A stretch of 40,133 nt of DNA, from positions 1 to 40,133 of the IMG/VR virus record IMGVR_UViG_3300031520_000047; one strand, given 5' to 3'. Below, in pieces: positions 16,095-25,091 of the stretch (the first letter of the stretch is position 1; every line of letters starts with the position of its first letter). A program made the position numbers and the translations under genes. This stretch comes from a virus (lineage: Duplodnaviria > Caudoviricetes). The notes beneath the pieces were generated by a model that had not been told where the DNA came from, did not search any database, and saw only the letters and a list, made by a program, of their open reading frames with translations.

Positions 16095-17558
16095 ATGTCA
16101 CTTAAAGATACAATCTTGAATGCCTTTCGCGCTTCGGTGCCGGGGCAGATCGTCACCATCTCCGACCTGCTGGTGCAGGACATGAGCGACGCGGAGCGCG
16201 CCCGCATCCAGAAGATGAACGATGCCTGGGACGCCTATGCGGGCAAGCTTGAAGCGCCACTCAAGAAGACCAAAAGCGACCCCAACGCCAAAGACAACAT
16301 TCTGCTTAACCTTTCGGGGCCGGTCGTGGATACCGGCGTGTCGTTTCTCGTGGGCAAGCCCGTGCAGTTTGAGGTAGATGGCGGAACTGAGGTAGACGGC
16401 GGAGAAGAAGGCGAAGAGGAAAGCACGGCAGATCAGTGGCTGACCGAGTGCCTCAAGAAAGCGAAGATGCAGTCGAAGCTGCACATGATGGCGCTGAACG
16501 GCGGCGTGTGCGGCGACGTGTTCGTCAAGATCGTGCCCGGCAAGCCCTACCCGCGCATCGTTGTTTGGGACAGCACATCGGTGGATGTAGTTTCTGCCCC
16601 TGATGACTTCGAGCACGTGATGCAGTACAAGCTGCAATGGAACGGCATCGACCCCGTCACCAAGAAGGCGTGCGCCTACAGGCAGCTTGTCACCGAAGCC
16701 GAGAACGGGCAGTCGTGGACTATCGCCGACCAGAAGAGCGATCCGAACATCAAGCACTGGCAGCCGGTCGGCGAGCCTGTCAACTGGCCTTATGCGTGGT
16801 CGCCCATATTCCATTGCCAGAACCTGCCGTCACCCTGTTCCTACTACGGCGTCAGCGATCTGGAAGAGCATGTCGTCGAAGTCAACGACGCGATTAACTT
16901 TGTCATCAGCAACCTGGCCCGCATCGTGCGCATCCACGCGCACCCAAAGACGTGGGGCAAGGGCTTCAGCGCCAAAGAGCTTGAGATCGGCATTGACGAA
17001 ACTATCATCATCAAGAGCGCGACCGGCGAGCTGCAAAACCTGGAGATGCTCAGTGATCTGTCTTCTAGCCTGGCCCTCTACGACAAGCTCAAGGCCGTGA
17101 TGACCGAGATCGTGCGCGTGCCGGAAGTCGCGGCGGGCAAGCTGGACAGCATCGGGCAATTGTCGGGCCTTGCCATCCAGATCATGTTCCAGCCGCTGCT
17201 GCAGAAGAACGGCACCAAGCAGCTCTTGTATGGCGAGATGCTTTCCGACCTGTGCGCGCGGCTGCTGGAGCTTGGCGGCCAGGGCGAGGACCACACCGTT
17301 GACGTGGAATGGCCTGACCCGCTGCCTTCCGACCCGGTCGCGACGGGCGCAGCGGCGGAAGGGCATCAGCGCATGGGCATTGTGTCCAAAGACACGCTCG
17401 CTACCAAGTTTGGCTATGACTATAGCCAGGAGAAGGGCAAGATTGCCAGTGAGGGGCAGGACGCAGGCGATCAGCTACTCACCGCTTTTGATCGGGGCCA
17501 AACCAACAGTTCGGGCCAATCGGGGCCAAATGACCAAAGCAAAGGAAAGAAACAATGA
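16095..17558 (+). CDS. Portal protein (SPP1 gp6-like)
   Basis: Follows terL; N...VVDTGVSFLVGKPV, YGVSDLE, LSGLAI, V.WPDPLPSD, SKDT motifs. Confidence 0.9.
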   Translation: MSLKDTILNAFRASVPGQIVTISDLLVQDMSDAERARIQKMNDAWDAYAGKLEAPLKKTKSDPNAKDNILLNLSGPVVDTGVSFLVGKPVQFEVDGGTEVDGGEEGEEESTADQWLTECLKKAKMQSKLHMMALNGGVCGDVFVKIVPGKPYPRIVVWDSTSVDVVSAPDDFEHVMQYKLQWNGIDPVTKKACAYRQLVTEAENGQSWTIADQKSDPNIKHWQPVGEPVNWPYAWSPIFHCQNLPSPCSYYGVSDLEEHVVEVNDAINFVISNLARIVRIHAHPKTWGKGFSAKELEIGIDETIIIKSATGELQNLEMLSDLSSSLALYDKLKAVMTEIVRVPEVAAGKLDSIGQLSGLAIQIMFQPLLQKNGTKQLLYGEMLSDLCARLLELGGQGEDHTVDVEWPDPLPSDPVATGAAAEGHQRMGIVSKDTLATKFGYDYSQEKGKIASEGQDAGDQLLTAFDRGQTNSSGQSGPNDQSKGKKQ

Positions 17559-17833
17559 GCAGGCAACCAGGAGAAGTTCGCGAGGGCGACGCTGTGGCAA
17601 TTCGGCTGCTGAACAGCAGCAACACGGAAGAAGAGTTTAGCGGCCAGGTGCAGCAAGTTGTGGAATCGGGTGACGGCAGCAAGTCGTATATCGTTGCGTG
17701 TCCATTCCAGGTAGGGCCGGAGCATATCCGCGTCATTGTGCCTGTGGAACAGCTTGCCAAGCCTGCCGCAGACAAGACCACTGACCCGCGCGTGTCCTAT
17801 GTGGACGGCACTAAGATGACCGACCGACGCTGA
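17555..17833 (+). CDS. Hypothetical protein
   Basis: AAGGA RBS; ATGA overlap with portal. Confidence 0.6.
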   Translation: MSRQPGEVREGDAVAIRLLNSSNTEEEFSGQVQQVVESGDGSKSYIVACPFQVGPEHIRVIVPVEQLAKPAADKTTDPRVSYVDGTKMTDRR

Positions 17834-18121
17834 GGTAAAGCCATGGACTTACGAAGAAGCCGTTGCCGCTTCGCAGGGCGTCAATCCAAAGGTAGAAATC
17901 TTGCCCGAAGTAGAGCAGCCAGCCCACAACACGCAGGGCATTGTGGCCTGGGCGGCGGCGCATGCGCAGGAGATTGAAATGGGCGGCTCGCGCAAAGCCC
18001 CGCAAGGGTTCGCCGCGCCCGCCGCCGATGCCCAGCGCCCGGAGTTTGTGAAATCCGTGGCCGGGGCGGTGAGGGCCGGGGCAAAAGAGGGGGCGAGTGG
18101 TAGATGACCGACCGGCGCTGA
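17814..18121. repeat. 20-bp direct repeats flanking a 268-bp segment
   Basis: AGATGACCGACCGACGCTGA (17814-17833) and AGATGACCGACCGGCGCTGA (18102-18121), 19/20 identical. Confidence 0.85.
17843..18107 (+). pseudogene. Frameshifted hypothetical gene
   Basis: GAGGT RBS and ATG at 17843, but the protein-like frame (TYEEAVAASQGVNPK...) is offset by 1 nt. Confidence 0.45.
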
Positions 18122-18282
18122 AAACGCGATTGGTTCATCCGGTTGATAAGGCGTTGAGCGTCTTCTGCAACCAAGAATGATTTATAACCACAACCATTCT
18201 GCTCGTCCCAACAGGCGTATCGTTTGTTCACCCGGTCGAATACTAACACGTAGCGTTTTGTTCGTCGCTTTCCATACATCAT
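17881..18282 (-). CDS. Counter-oriented moron-like hypothetical protein
   Basis: Own extended -10 TGGTAAAAT 6 nt before ATG; AT-richer 5' half; true 3' end uncertain. Confidence 0.55.
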   Translation of the reverse strand: MMYGKRRTKRYVLVFDRVNKRYACWDEQNGCGYKSFLVAEDAQRLINRMNQSRFQRRSVIYHSPPLLPRPSPPRPRISQTPGAGHRRRARRTLAGLCASRPFQSPAHAPPPRPQCPACCGLAALLRARFLPLD

Positions 18283-18296
18283 AGCCTGATTTTACC

Positions 18297-19355
18297 ATGC
18301 CTGACGACATCTACACCATGGCCGCGCGCTTTCGGCAGGACTTGCTTGCCGGGGAGCGCGCGGCGGCGATGGAGATGGTGCGCGCTTACGGCGCATCGTA
18401 CCAGCGCATCAAAGAGGCCCTGCTTGCGCTTCTCACGCGCGTAGAGGCCGCCAAAGCGCGCGGAGAGTACTCCGCGTCATGGCTGTACCAAGAGGGGCGC
18501 CTGGAAAGCCTCCAGGCGCAGACGCTTTCCGAAATCCACCGCTTTGCCGCGTTTGCCGGGGACACAATTGAAACCCAGCAGCGGCAGGCGGTTTACAATG
18601 CGGAGGGAGAGGCGCAGGCGCTCGTGCGGGCCACATTGCCTCCCTCAGCACAGATCAGCTCTGCCGGCGTCGGCGTAACATTCAGCCGCCTCCCGACCAG
18701 CACCGTGCAGAGCCTGGTCGGACACTTGCAGGACGGTTCCCCGCTCAAAGAACTCTTGGACACACTCGCGCCCGAAGCGGCGAAGGGTGTGCGGGACGCG
18801 CTTGCGAGCGGCGTGGCGCGTGGTGAGGGCAGCCAGGTTATTTCGCGCGAAATACGGCAGGCGATGGGCGGGCCATTATCTAGGACGCTGACCATCAGCC
18901 GGACGGAGACGCTGCGCGCGTACCGAGAGGCAACGCGGCAGACGTATCAGGCCAATGGGCGCGTCGTGCAGGCATGGCAGTGGGTGGCGTCGCTGTCGCG
19001 CCGGACGTGCGCGATGTGCCTTGCTATGCACATGACCATCCACCCGCTGGATGAGCCGATGGGGTCACACCCGAATTGCCGCTGCGTCATGGTGCCGGTG
19101 ACGCGGCCCTGGTCGGAACTTGGGTTTGACGGGCTGGATAGCGAAGCGCCTGCCCCGGAAGACGGTGCGGCCTGGCTGGACAGGCAGAGCGAAGAGACGC
19201 AATTGGCAATCCTGGGGCCGGGCAAGCTGGCGGCGTACAAGCGCGGCGAGATTACCCTGGCTGACCTCGTGCGCTATCGCGATGACCCTCGGTGGGGACC
19301 GACGCGCACGGAGGCGAGCCTTGCCGACGCGCTGAAGAAAGTGAGGGGTAAGTGA
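18297..19355 (+). CDS. Minor head protein (SPP1 gp7/MuF family)
   Basis: ISRTETLRAY, W.WVA....RTCAMC, HPNCRC. Confidence 0.92.
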   Translation: MPDDIYTMAARFRQDLLAGERAAAMEMVRAYGASYQRIKEALLALLTRVEAAKARGEYSASWLYQEGRLESLQAQTLSEIHRFAAFAGDTIETQQRQAVYNAEGEAQALVRATLPPSAQISSAGVGVTFSRLPTSTVQSLVGHLQDGSPLKELLDTLAPEAAKGVRDALASGVARGEGSQVISREIRQAMGGPLSRTLTISRTETLRAYREATRQTYQANGRVVQAWQWVASLSRRTCAMCLAMHMTIHPLDEPMGSHPNCRCVMVPVTRPWSELGFDGLDSEAPAPEDGAAWLDRQSEETQLAILGPGKLAAYKRGEITLADLVRYRDDPRWGPTRTEASLADALKKVRGK

Positions 19356-19561
19356 TTAACGGAGACGCAACGGTTTTAGACCTTTTGCCAACGGTTCAGG
19401 AGTGTGTCAGTTGTCGGTGGAAGTCAAAAGAATTAGTCAAGGTGGGTAGATGGTCGTACTGTGCCCAGTGTCTTGCCAATGAATTGCTCCGCCAAGAAGA
19501 GATGGTTCGGCATCTCACCGCCTGCCTTGAGCGACACGACAAAAAAGTGAGGGGCGAATGA
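19352..19561 (+). CDS. Small zinc-finger hypothetical protein
   Basis: CVSC...CAQC; GTGA overlap. Confidence 0.55.
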   Translation: MINGDATVLDLLPTVQECVSCRWKSKELVKVGRWSYCAQCLANELLRQEEMVRHLTACLERHDKKVRGE

Positions 19562-19707
19562 ACGCCTACGAGAAACATGAGCAGGAATACAAGCGCGATA
19601 CGCGCATCTTGAACGGCTTGCTCAAGTTCGTCTTTCCAATGCTGCTTGTTGTGAGCATTGCTGCGCTTATCTGGGCGATTGTGGTGGTGTTTGAGGTGTT
19701 GAAATGA
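19558..19707 (+). CDS. Small single-TM membrane protein (49 aa)
   Basis: Manual translation MNAYEKHEQEYKRDTRILNGLLKFVFPMLLVVSIAALIWAIVVVFEVLK; ATGA overlaps both sides. Confidence 0.6.
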   Translation: MNAYEKHEQEYKRDTRILNGLLKFVFPMLLVVSIAALIWAIVVVFEVLK

Positions 19708-20021
19708 CTGATATAATTCCTGCCATGCCGTCTTCCGTGCGCGTGCTTGGCATGGATATGGCCGTCGTTGTCCGCACTGGCGACGATGCCCACATGGATG
19801 ACAAGTTCGGTTATTGCGACAACCTGCGTATGCGGATTGTGCTGAGCGAGAACAACACTCCGTCGCAGATGAGGGAAACGTGCCTGCATGAAGTGGTACA
19901 CGCTGTGGAGTGGGCTGTCAAAGCCGACATGGAAGAAGATGAGGTGGGGCGCATGGCACGCGGGCTGTTCGCTGTTCTGCGGGACAACCCCAGCTTTGTG
20001 AAGTGGATAATGGAGCAATAA
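19704..20021 (+). CDS. HExxH metallopeptidase-like phage protein
   Basis: FGYCD....RIVL......QMRETCLHEVVHAV. Confidence 0.75.
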   Translation: MTDIIPAMPSSVRVLGMDMAVVVRTGDDAHMDDKFGYCDNLRMRIVLSENNTPSQMRETCLHEVVHAVEWAVKADMEEDEVGRMARGLFAVLRDNPSFVKWIMEQ

Positions 20022-20043
20022 AACTGGCATCACCCTCCCCTGT

Positions 20044-20256
20044 AGTTTCCCCTCATCCCTGCCTATAATTAAATTGCGCTTCTCATTGGCGTTTTATCCT
20101 TCTGCGGGAGTCGATGCTCCTCAGATTAAATCAACCGCTCCTTCTCGGCAACTTGGAGGGAGCGGTTTTTTTTGCGCAAATGTGTCAACCAATGTGCCGT
20201 AATTATGCCGGTGTTGTGCCCATCTACTAAAGTTTCCCTTTGCCCCTGCCTATAAT
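20044..20256 (+). promoter_or_regulatory. Duplicated promoter (26-bp direct repeat ending in TATAAT)
   Basis: 20044-20069 vs 20231-20256, 22/26 identical. Confidence 0.7.
20075..20173 (+). ncRNA. Candidate ~100-nt small RNA
   Basis: TATAAT at 20064-20069, internal hairpin, terminator AACCGCTCCTTC/GAGGGAGCGGTT plus T tract; no ORF. Confidence 0.45.
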
Positions 20257-20285
20257 AGAACCAACGAATTGAACGCGCTTTGCGC

Positions 20286-20331
20286 GGCTATCCAGCCACC
20301 GACTTCTCTAGGAGAGGTCGGCGGCTTTTTT
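20286..20331 (+). terminator. Attenuator 2: GGCT-ATCC-AGCC overlapping a terminator
   Basis: Stem AGCCACCGACTTCTC/GAGAGGTCGGCGGCT plus T tract, before the scaffold gene. Confidence 0.8.
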
Positions 20332-20352
20332 GGCTTTTGGAGGCTTTTGCAT

Positions 20353-20991
20353 ATGTGGCGTTTGCTTGTTTTGGAAATGATGGCCGGTTATCGCACTGCC
20401 GACAGCGGTGCGGGCGATGGCGGAGGCGGCGCAGGTGACAATGGGGGCGCGGGCAATGGTGGCGGCTCTGGCGACGCAGGCAAAACCTACACGGCGGCTG
20501 AGTATCAAGCCTTGCAGGCGCAGTTTGCCGATGCGACCACCAAGCGCACCGAAGCAATGACCAAGCTGACCGACGCTACCACCAAACTGACCGCGTTGGA
20601 GCAGGCCCAGCTTTCTGATGCGGAGAAGCTGACCCTCAAAGCAAAAGAAGCCGAAGAGGGCCTGACGAAGCGCGAAACCGAACTGCGGCAGGAGCGCTTG
20701 GAGCGTTCCATTGAGCGCGAGGCGCGCAAGCTGAACGTCGTAGACGAAGACGCGGCCCTGCGGCTGCTGGACGTGTCCAAGATCAAGTATGACGACGCGG
20801 ACAAGCCTACCAATGTCGCAGAGCTATTAGGGCAGCTTGTCAAGGATAAGCCGTACCTGGTGGCCGTCGCCGGCAGTGGCGGCAGTGCGGCCAATCCGAG
20901 CCTCGGGCGCGGCGGAAGCCTGACGGCCACGCAGCAGATCGACAAAGAGTTTTCGCAGCGCGGGGGCAGCACGGGCGGCTTTCGCATCTAG
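20353..20991 (+). CDS. Capsid scaffolding protein
   Basis: Gly-rich N-terminus, coiled coil LSDAEKL, LVKDKPYL motif; directly before the capsid gene. Confidence 0.85.
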   Translation: MWRLLVLEMMAGYRTADSGAGDGGGGAGDNGGAGNGGGSGDAGKTYTAAEYQALQAQFADATTKRTEAMTKLTDATTKLTALEQAQLSDAEKLTLKAKEAEEGLTKRETELRQERLERSIEREARKLNVVDEDAALRLLDVSKIKYDDADKPTNVAELLGQLVKDKPYLVAVAGSGGSAANPSLGRGGSLTATQQIDKEFSQRGGSTGGFRI

Positions 20992-21033
20992 CGACAATCG
21001 TAAAATCAACCAGTCTCACCAATCTAAATATAG

Positions 21034-21047
21034 CGGCTATGCAGCCG
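21034..21047 (+). promoter_or_regulatory. CGGCT-ATGC-AGCCG hairpin abutting the capsid RBS
   Basis: Same motif as the attenuators but without a terminator; followed by GAAGGA and ATG. Confidence 0.6.
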
Positions 21048-21060
21048 GAAGGAAACCATT

Positions 21061-21942
21061 ATGGCAAACAACCTTTCGGCGTTTAACGCACAGGCGTGGA
21101 GCAAGCGCCTTATCACCAAACTCGACCCGATCTGCATCATGCTTGGCCTGGTCAACCGGGACTGGGAAGGCGAGCTGCAGAACGTCGGCGACACTGTGCA
21201 GGTGCGCACGCCCGGCAACATTCTGATGGGGCCGTATGCCAAGGGCACCACGATCAACTACCAGGATTTGCAGCCGATTAAAGAAGCGATGGTTATCGCC
21301 GACGCGGAGTATTTCGCGTTCCAGGTCGATGACCTGGACAAAGCGCAGAACGACCTCAAAGCGATGGACATCTATACTGGTCGTGCCGCCGTTGCCCTGC
21401 ACAACACCATCGACATCAAGCTGACCAGCTATTTCCCGCAGGCCGCCAACCATATCACTGACGCGGGCGGCGTGCCGCTGGTGCTGACTAAAGATAATGT
21501 GTACGGCGTTTTTGTCAAGGCGCGCACCATCCTCGGCAAGAACAACGTGCCTGTGGAAGGCCGCTGGGCTGTTGTTGACCCCGACCTGACCGGCGTGCTG
21601 CTTCAGGACACGACCCACTTTATCCGCTCCACCGACATGGGCGACACCATCGTTAAAGAGGGCATGACGCAGAACAACGGGCGGCCTGGCTACATCGGGC
21701 GCATCGCGGGCTTTGACGTGTACGAGTCAAATCATGTGCCTGTGGACGCGCAGGGCAACCGCACGCTTGGCTTTGGCGATCCTGCCTTTATTTCTTATGC
21801 CGCGCAGCTCAAAGAAATGGAGATGCTGCGCCTTCAGACGACCTTTGCCGACGCGGTGCGCGGCCTGATTCTGCACGACGGCCACGTGTTTGCCGAGTGC
21901 GCCAAGCGCGGCGTGTCGCTGTCGGCGGCTCCTGCCTCCTAA
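21061..21942 (+). CDS. Major capsid protein
   Basis: AWSKRLI...NRDWEGELQNVGDTVQV, L..NNVPVEGRWAVVDP, IGRIAGFDVYESN, FADAVRGL. Confidence 0.92.
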   Translation: MANNLSAFNAQAWSKRLITKLDPICIMLGLVNRDWEGELQNVGDTVQVRTPGNILMGPYAKGTTINYQDLQPIKEAMVIADAEYFAFQVDDLDKAQNDLKAMDIYTGRAAVALHNTIDIKLTSYFPQAANHITDAGGVPLVLTKDNVYGVFVKARTILGKNNVPVEGRWAVVDPDLTGVLLQDTTHFIRSTDMGDTIVKEGMTQNNGRPGYIGRIAGFDVYESNHVPVDAQGNRTLGFGDPAFISYAAQLKEMEMLRLQTTFADAVRGLILHDGHVFAECAKRGVSLSAAPAS

Positions 21943-21976
21943 GCCGCTACGCCTGCTTCTTAAGCAAAGGTTACTT

Positions 21977-22510
21977 ATGGTCCGTCCAACAATGGCAGCG
22001 CTGATTGCCCGGCTTCGGCGAATGATCAGCGACAAGGATGCGCCCCCGGTCTTCAGCGATGATGACCTCGGGGACATCCTGGACGGGCAACAGTTTGTGG
22101 AGCGGTACCTGCCCGTTGAGGGCACGGTGACCTACAAGCCGGGCGGCGGGATCGAGTGGCACGACTTTTATGCGCAGGACGGCGACTGGGAAGACGGCGT
22201 CGTATTTGTGACCATTGGCTTTGAGCCGGTCGCGCCGACCACGAGCGACCTGCGCGTGGGGCACTGGACGTTTGATGCGCCTCAGCTCCCGACGATCTAC
22301 CTGACCGGCAAGAATTACGATTTGTACGGCGCGGCGGCAGACGCGCTGGAGCAGTGGGCGGCCATCGTCAAGCGCAAGTACGACGTGCAATCCGCCGACC
22401 AAAAGCTCATGCGCTCGCAGCAGAGCAAGGCGATGCTCGACCTTGCCGAAACCTGTCGCGAGAAGCAGCGCCCCCAGCGCATGACGATGGTGCGCAGCGA
22501 TGTCAATTAA
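21977..22510 (+). CDS. Head-tail adaptor
   Basis: ARLRRMISD....VFSDDDL, YGAAADALE; position after capsid. Confidence 0.75.
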   Translation: MVRPTMAALIARLRRMISDKDAPPVFSDDDLGDILDGQQFVERYLPVEGTVTYKPGGGIEWHDFYAQDGDWEDGVVFVTIGFEPVAPTTSDLRVGHWTFDAPQLPTIYLTGKNYDLYGAAADALEQWAAIVKRKYDVQSADQKLMRSQQSKAMLDLAETCREKQRPQRMTMVRSDVN

Positions 22511-22515
22511 CGATT

Positions 22516-22893
22516 ATGCCTATTGACGCTTCCGAACTGGCCGACCTGCGCGGCGACATGCAGGGGGAAATGCTGACGGACACCTGCCAGGTGCAACGCA
22601 AAACCTTGACGGACAACGGCGGCGGACGCGGGTCGCAGGCATATGTCAATGCCGGAACCTATCCGGCGCGCATGTGGACAAAGCCGACCTACCGGGACAT
22701 GACGGAAACGGTGCAGCCGGGCGCGGGCAACGTCAGCGCGCAGGTGCTGTGGACGGTGATTTTGCCGTTTGACGCGGACATTCTCGCTACTGACCGGCTG
22801 GTCATCGCGGGGCAGACCTTAGAAGTGTCCGAGCGAGACAAGGGACGGACGGACGCGCTTTTGATGCAGGTGCTATGCAAGCGAATTGGCTGA
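22516..22893 (+). CDS. Head-closure protein
   Basis: LTDTCQVQR...D.GGG, ILPFDADILATDRLVI.G...EV. Confidence 0.75.
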   Translation: MPIDASELADLRGDMQGEMLTDTCQVQRKTLTDNGGGRGSQAYVNAGTYPARMWTKPTYRDMTETVQPGAGNVSAQVLWTVILPFDADILATDRLVIAGQTLEVSERDKGRTDALLMQVLCKRIG

Positions 22894-23330
22894 ACCAAAC
22901 AAAAAGCCGGCAGGAAGAGCGCGAGGCGCGCGGCATGTGGTTTCGCATGCTGCTGTACGCCGGGCCGTCCGACCCGCTGGAATGGCTGTACGCAGCTTTG
23001 TGGTGCGGCATGGGGCTGTGGCTCTTGCTGCCCACGCACATGTTTTCTGTCGCGCCCCATGTGTACCGTTTTGTGGCCTTGGTGCCGCAATGGGTCTGGG
23101 GACTCGCCTTTCTCTCTTTGGGTTTGTTGCAGGGGCGGGCGTGGCATCTCTGCCTCTGGCGCGCGCGGCACGTCCTCGCGATGGTCGGCACGATGACCTT
23201 CTGGATTTGGGGCCTGCTGCTGTTTGTGGGCGATATGCGGGCCTGGACTCTGCTGTTTTACGGCATTCTCGGCGTGTTTCAGGGACTTGCGGCAGTGTGG
23301 CTGTACGCGCGTCCGGGGGCGCAGGGATAG
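22875..23330 (+). CDS. Multi-TM membrane protein (holin candidate)
   Basis: About four hydrophobic segments. Confidence 0.65.
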   Translation: MQANWLNQTKSRQEEREARGMWFRMLLYAGPSDPLEWLYAALWCGMGLWLLLPTHMFSVAPHVYRFVALVPQWVWGLAFLSLGLLQGRAWHLCLWRARHVLAMVGTMTFWIWGLLLFVGDMRAWTLLFYGILGVFQGLAAVWLYARPGAQG

Positions 23331-23336
23331 AGTGCC

Positions 23337-23849
23337 ATGCAAGAAAAAGAAGTGCTGACAATTGTCGGCAGCATCGTGGGCAGCTCGCCGTTCGCCGCTT
23401 GGGTGACATGGAAGCTGGGGCGCAAGGCGCAGGCCCGCAAGGAAGCGCTGGAAGAAGCGCAGGAAAAGATCAAGCAGGCCGAGCAGGCACGGCTCGACGC
23501 CCTGGCTGAGCGGGACGGCAAGCGCAAAGATTTTGAGGTCATCATCGGGACACTGGAAAAACGGCTCGGCGCGCAGGAAGCCTCTATTGTGCGCCTGGAA
23601 TCAAAAACCGAGCGGATGCAGGAGCAAATCGATGTGCTGCGCGAGGAAAAGCATGACCTGCTCGCCCAGATCGCGGCCCTCGAAGCCTTCAAGGCGGCAG
23701 AAGCGCGGCGGGCGGATGCGGCGGAAGAGAAGGTAACGCAGTGCAATACCGAGCTGTGCGACTTGCGGCAGGCGGTTGGCAACAAAGACGCGCAGATCAA
23801 AAACCTGACGGCGCAGATTAAAGAAGTAGTGAAAGAAACTAAGCCATGA
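23337..23849 (+). CDS. N-terminal TM plus long coiled-coil protein (lysis accessory candidate)
   Basis: Hydrophobic N-terminus then ~140 aa of heptads. Confidence 0.7.
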   Translation: MQEKEVLTIVGSIVGSSPFAAWVTWKLGRKAQARKEALEEAQEKIKQAEQARLDALAERDGKRKDFEVIIGTLEKRLGAQEASIVRLESKTERMQEQIDVLREEKHDLLAQIAALEAFKAAEARRADAAEEKVTQCNTELCDLRQAVGNKDAQIKNLTAQIKEVVKETKP

Positions 23850-24118
23850 AGATCAACCTCCCTAAAATCAACTTGCCGAAAATCAAGCTATCCAAGTCGC
23901 AAAGCGCGGCTTTGGGCATTGTCGGCTACTTCACCGGGCGAGCTGTCCTGGACACCGTTCAGACGGGCAAAATTGCCCCGCGCGACGTGTTTAATGCCGC
24001 GCTTGCGGGCGTTCTGACCGGGTGCCGTTCGCTGCTGCCTGACCTCTCCGGAAAAGGAAACACCGATGCTGGAAATACAAATAGCGGGCAGCCTGCTGGG
24101 AGCACTGGCACAAATTGA
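23846..24118 (+). CDS. Small membrane-associated protein (holin-like)
   Basis: KINLP repeats, two hydrophobic stretches; ATGA overlap. Confidence 0.55.
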   Translation: MKINLPKINLPKIKLSKSQSAALGIVGYFTGRAVLDTVQTGKIAPRDVFNAALAGVLTGCRSLLPDLSGKGNTDAGNTNSGQPAGSTGTN

Positions 24119-24482
24119 GCCTGCCGTCGCCCTCGCTGTTGCCAAGACCGCGCTGGACGTAGAAGCCGGGGCGAAGATCAACATCCAGACAGGCGACAAG
24201 ACAGGCATCGTGTACAAGCGCAAGGACGGCGAACACCAGGCAAGTGCGCCGGGGGAGGCCCCGGCAACCGATACGGGCACCCTAGTCAACAGCGGCGAGG
24301 TTGTCCCGGTGTCGGCTTTGGAGCAAGACGTGACCTTCAGCGCCGACTATGCCGCCGACCTGGAACTCGGCACCGTGCGCATCGCCCCGCGCCCGTTTCT
24401 TGGCCCGGCTGTGGAAGCCGCCACGCCCGACTTTGAAGCCGCTCTTGCACAGGCCGTTACCCGTACCGCGAATAAAACCTAA
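24066..24482 (+). CDS. Tail completion protein (HK97 gp10-like)
   Basis: HQASAPGEAPATDTGTLVNS, YAADLELGTVRIAPRPFLGPA. Confidence 0.88.
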   Translation: MLEIQIAGSLLGALAQIEPAVALAVAKTALDVEAGAKINIQTGDKTGIVYKRKDGEHQASAPGEAPATDTGTLVNSGEVVPVSALEQDVTFSADYAADLELGTVRIAPRPFLGPAVEAATPDFEAALAQAVTRTANKT

Positions 24483-24919
24483 TGTTTGAGCTCCTGGCAA
24501 TCGAGAAGTGGATTACAGGGGCGCTGCAAGCACAGCCGGAAGCGCAGGCGCTGGGCACGCGCGCTTATGCGGAGATTGTGCCCGAAGGCGCTGCGTTTCC
24601 CGCGTTCTTGTTTTCGCGTCAAAGCGCATCTGATACGGTCGGCGGCGGGGCTGTGCGCATCCTGACGCAGCCTGTGTACTACGTGCGGGCCGTAGTGAGC
24701 GCCGACTGCTTTGATGCGCTAGGCGGGCTTGCCAATGCGGTGGACCGGGCGATGCAGGCGACGCCGGACACGCCGCCTGTCACTTTGGACGGCGTTGTCG
24801 TGCGGGGAGCATACCGCGAGCAGCCGATGATCGGCTCGCAAGCAGATAGCGGTGTCGTCTACACCTACGCGGGCGGCATGTACCGGATATTTGCCTATGC
24901 AGGCAGCGAGGGCAATTGA
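24482..24919 (+). CDS. Tail terminator protein
   Basis: RAYAEIVPEGAAFPAFLF; position before the tail tube gene. Confidence 0.7.
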   Translation: MFELLAIEKWITGALQAQPEAQALGTRAYAEIVPEGAAFPAFLFSRQSASDTVGGGAVRILTQPVYYVRAVVSADCFDALGGLANAVDRAMQATPDTPPVTLDGVVVRGAYREQPMIGSQADSGVVYTYAGGMYRIFAYAGSEGN

Positions 24920-25091
24920 CAAGTGGCTGCGCTGCACCCGCGCCGCCAAGAAGTACATCTGCTCGCGCTTTGCGGGCGAGGTGCTGGAAGATGGCGGGTG
25001 GCAGCCGCCGCTCTGGTTCGTACATCAATACGTGCCTGAGACGCCGAATGATTTACAGTTCGCTTTGACGGAAAAAGGAAGCAGACAATGA
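24897..25091 (+). CDS. Hypothetical protein (start uncertain)
   Basis: Fills the gap; ATGA overlap with the major tail gene. Confidence 0.35.
   Translation: MQAARAIDKWLRCTRAAKKYICSRFAGEVLEDGGWQPPLWFVHQYVPETPNDLQFALTEKGSRQ

Noticed and set aside
20075-20173. tRNA
   Set aside because: No cloverleaf or T-loop GTTC motif; kept only as an sRNA candidate.
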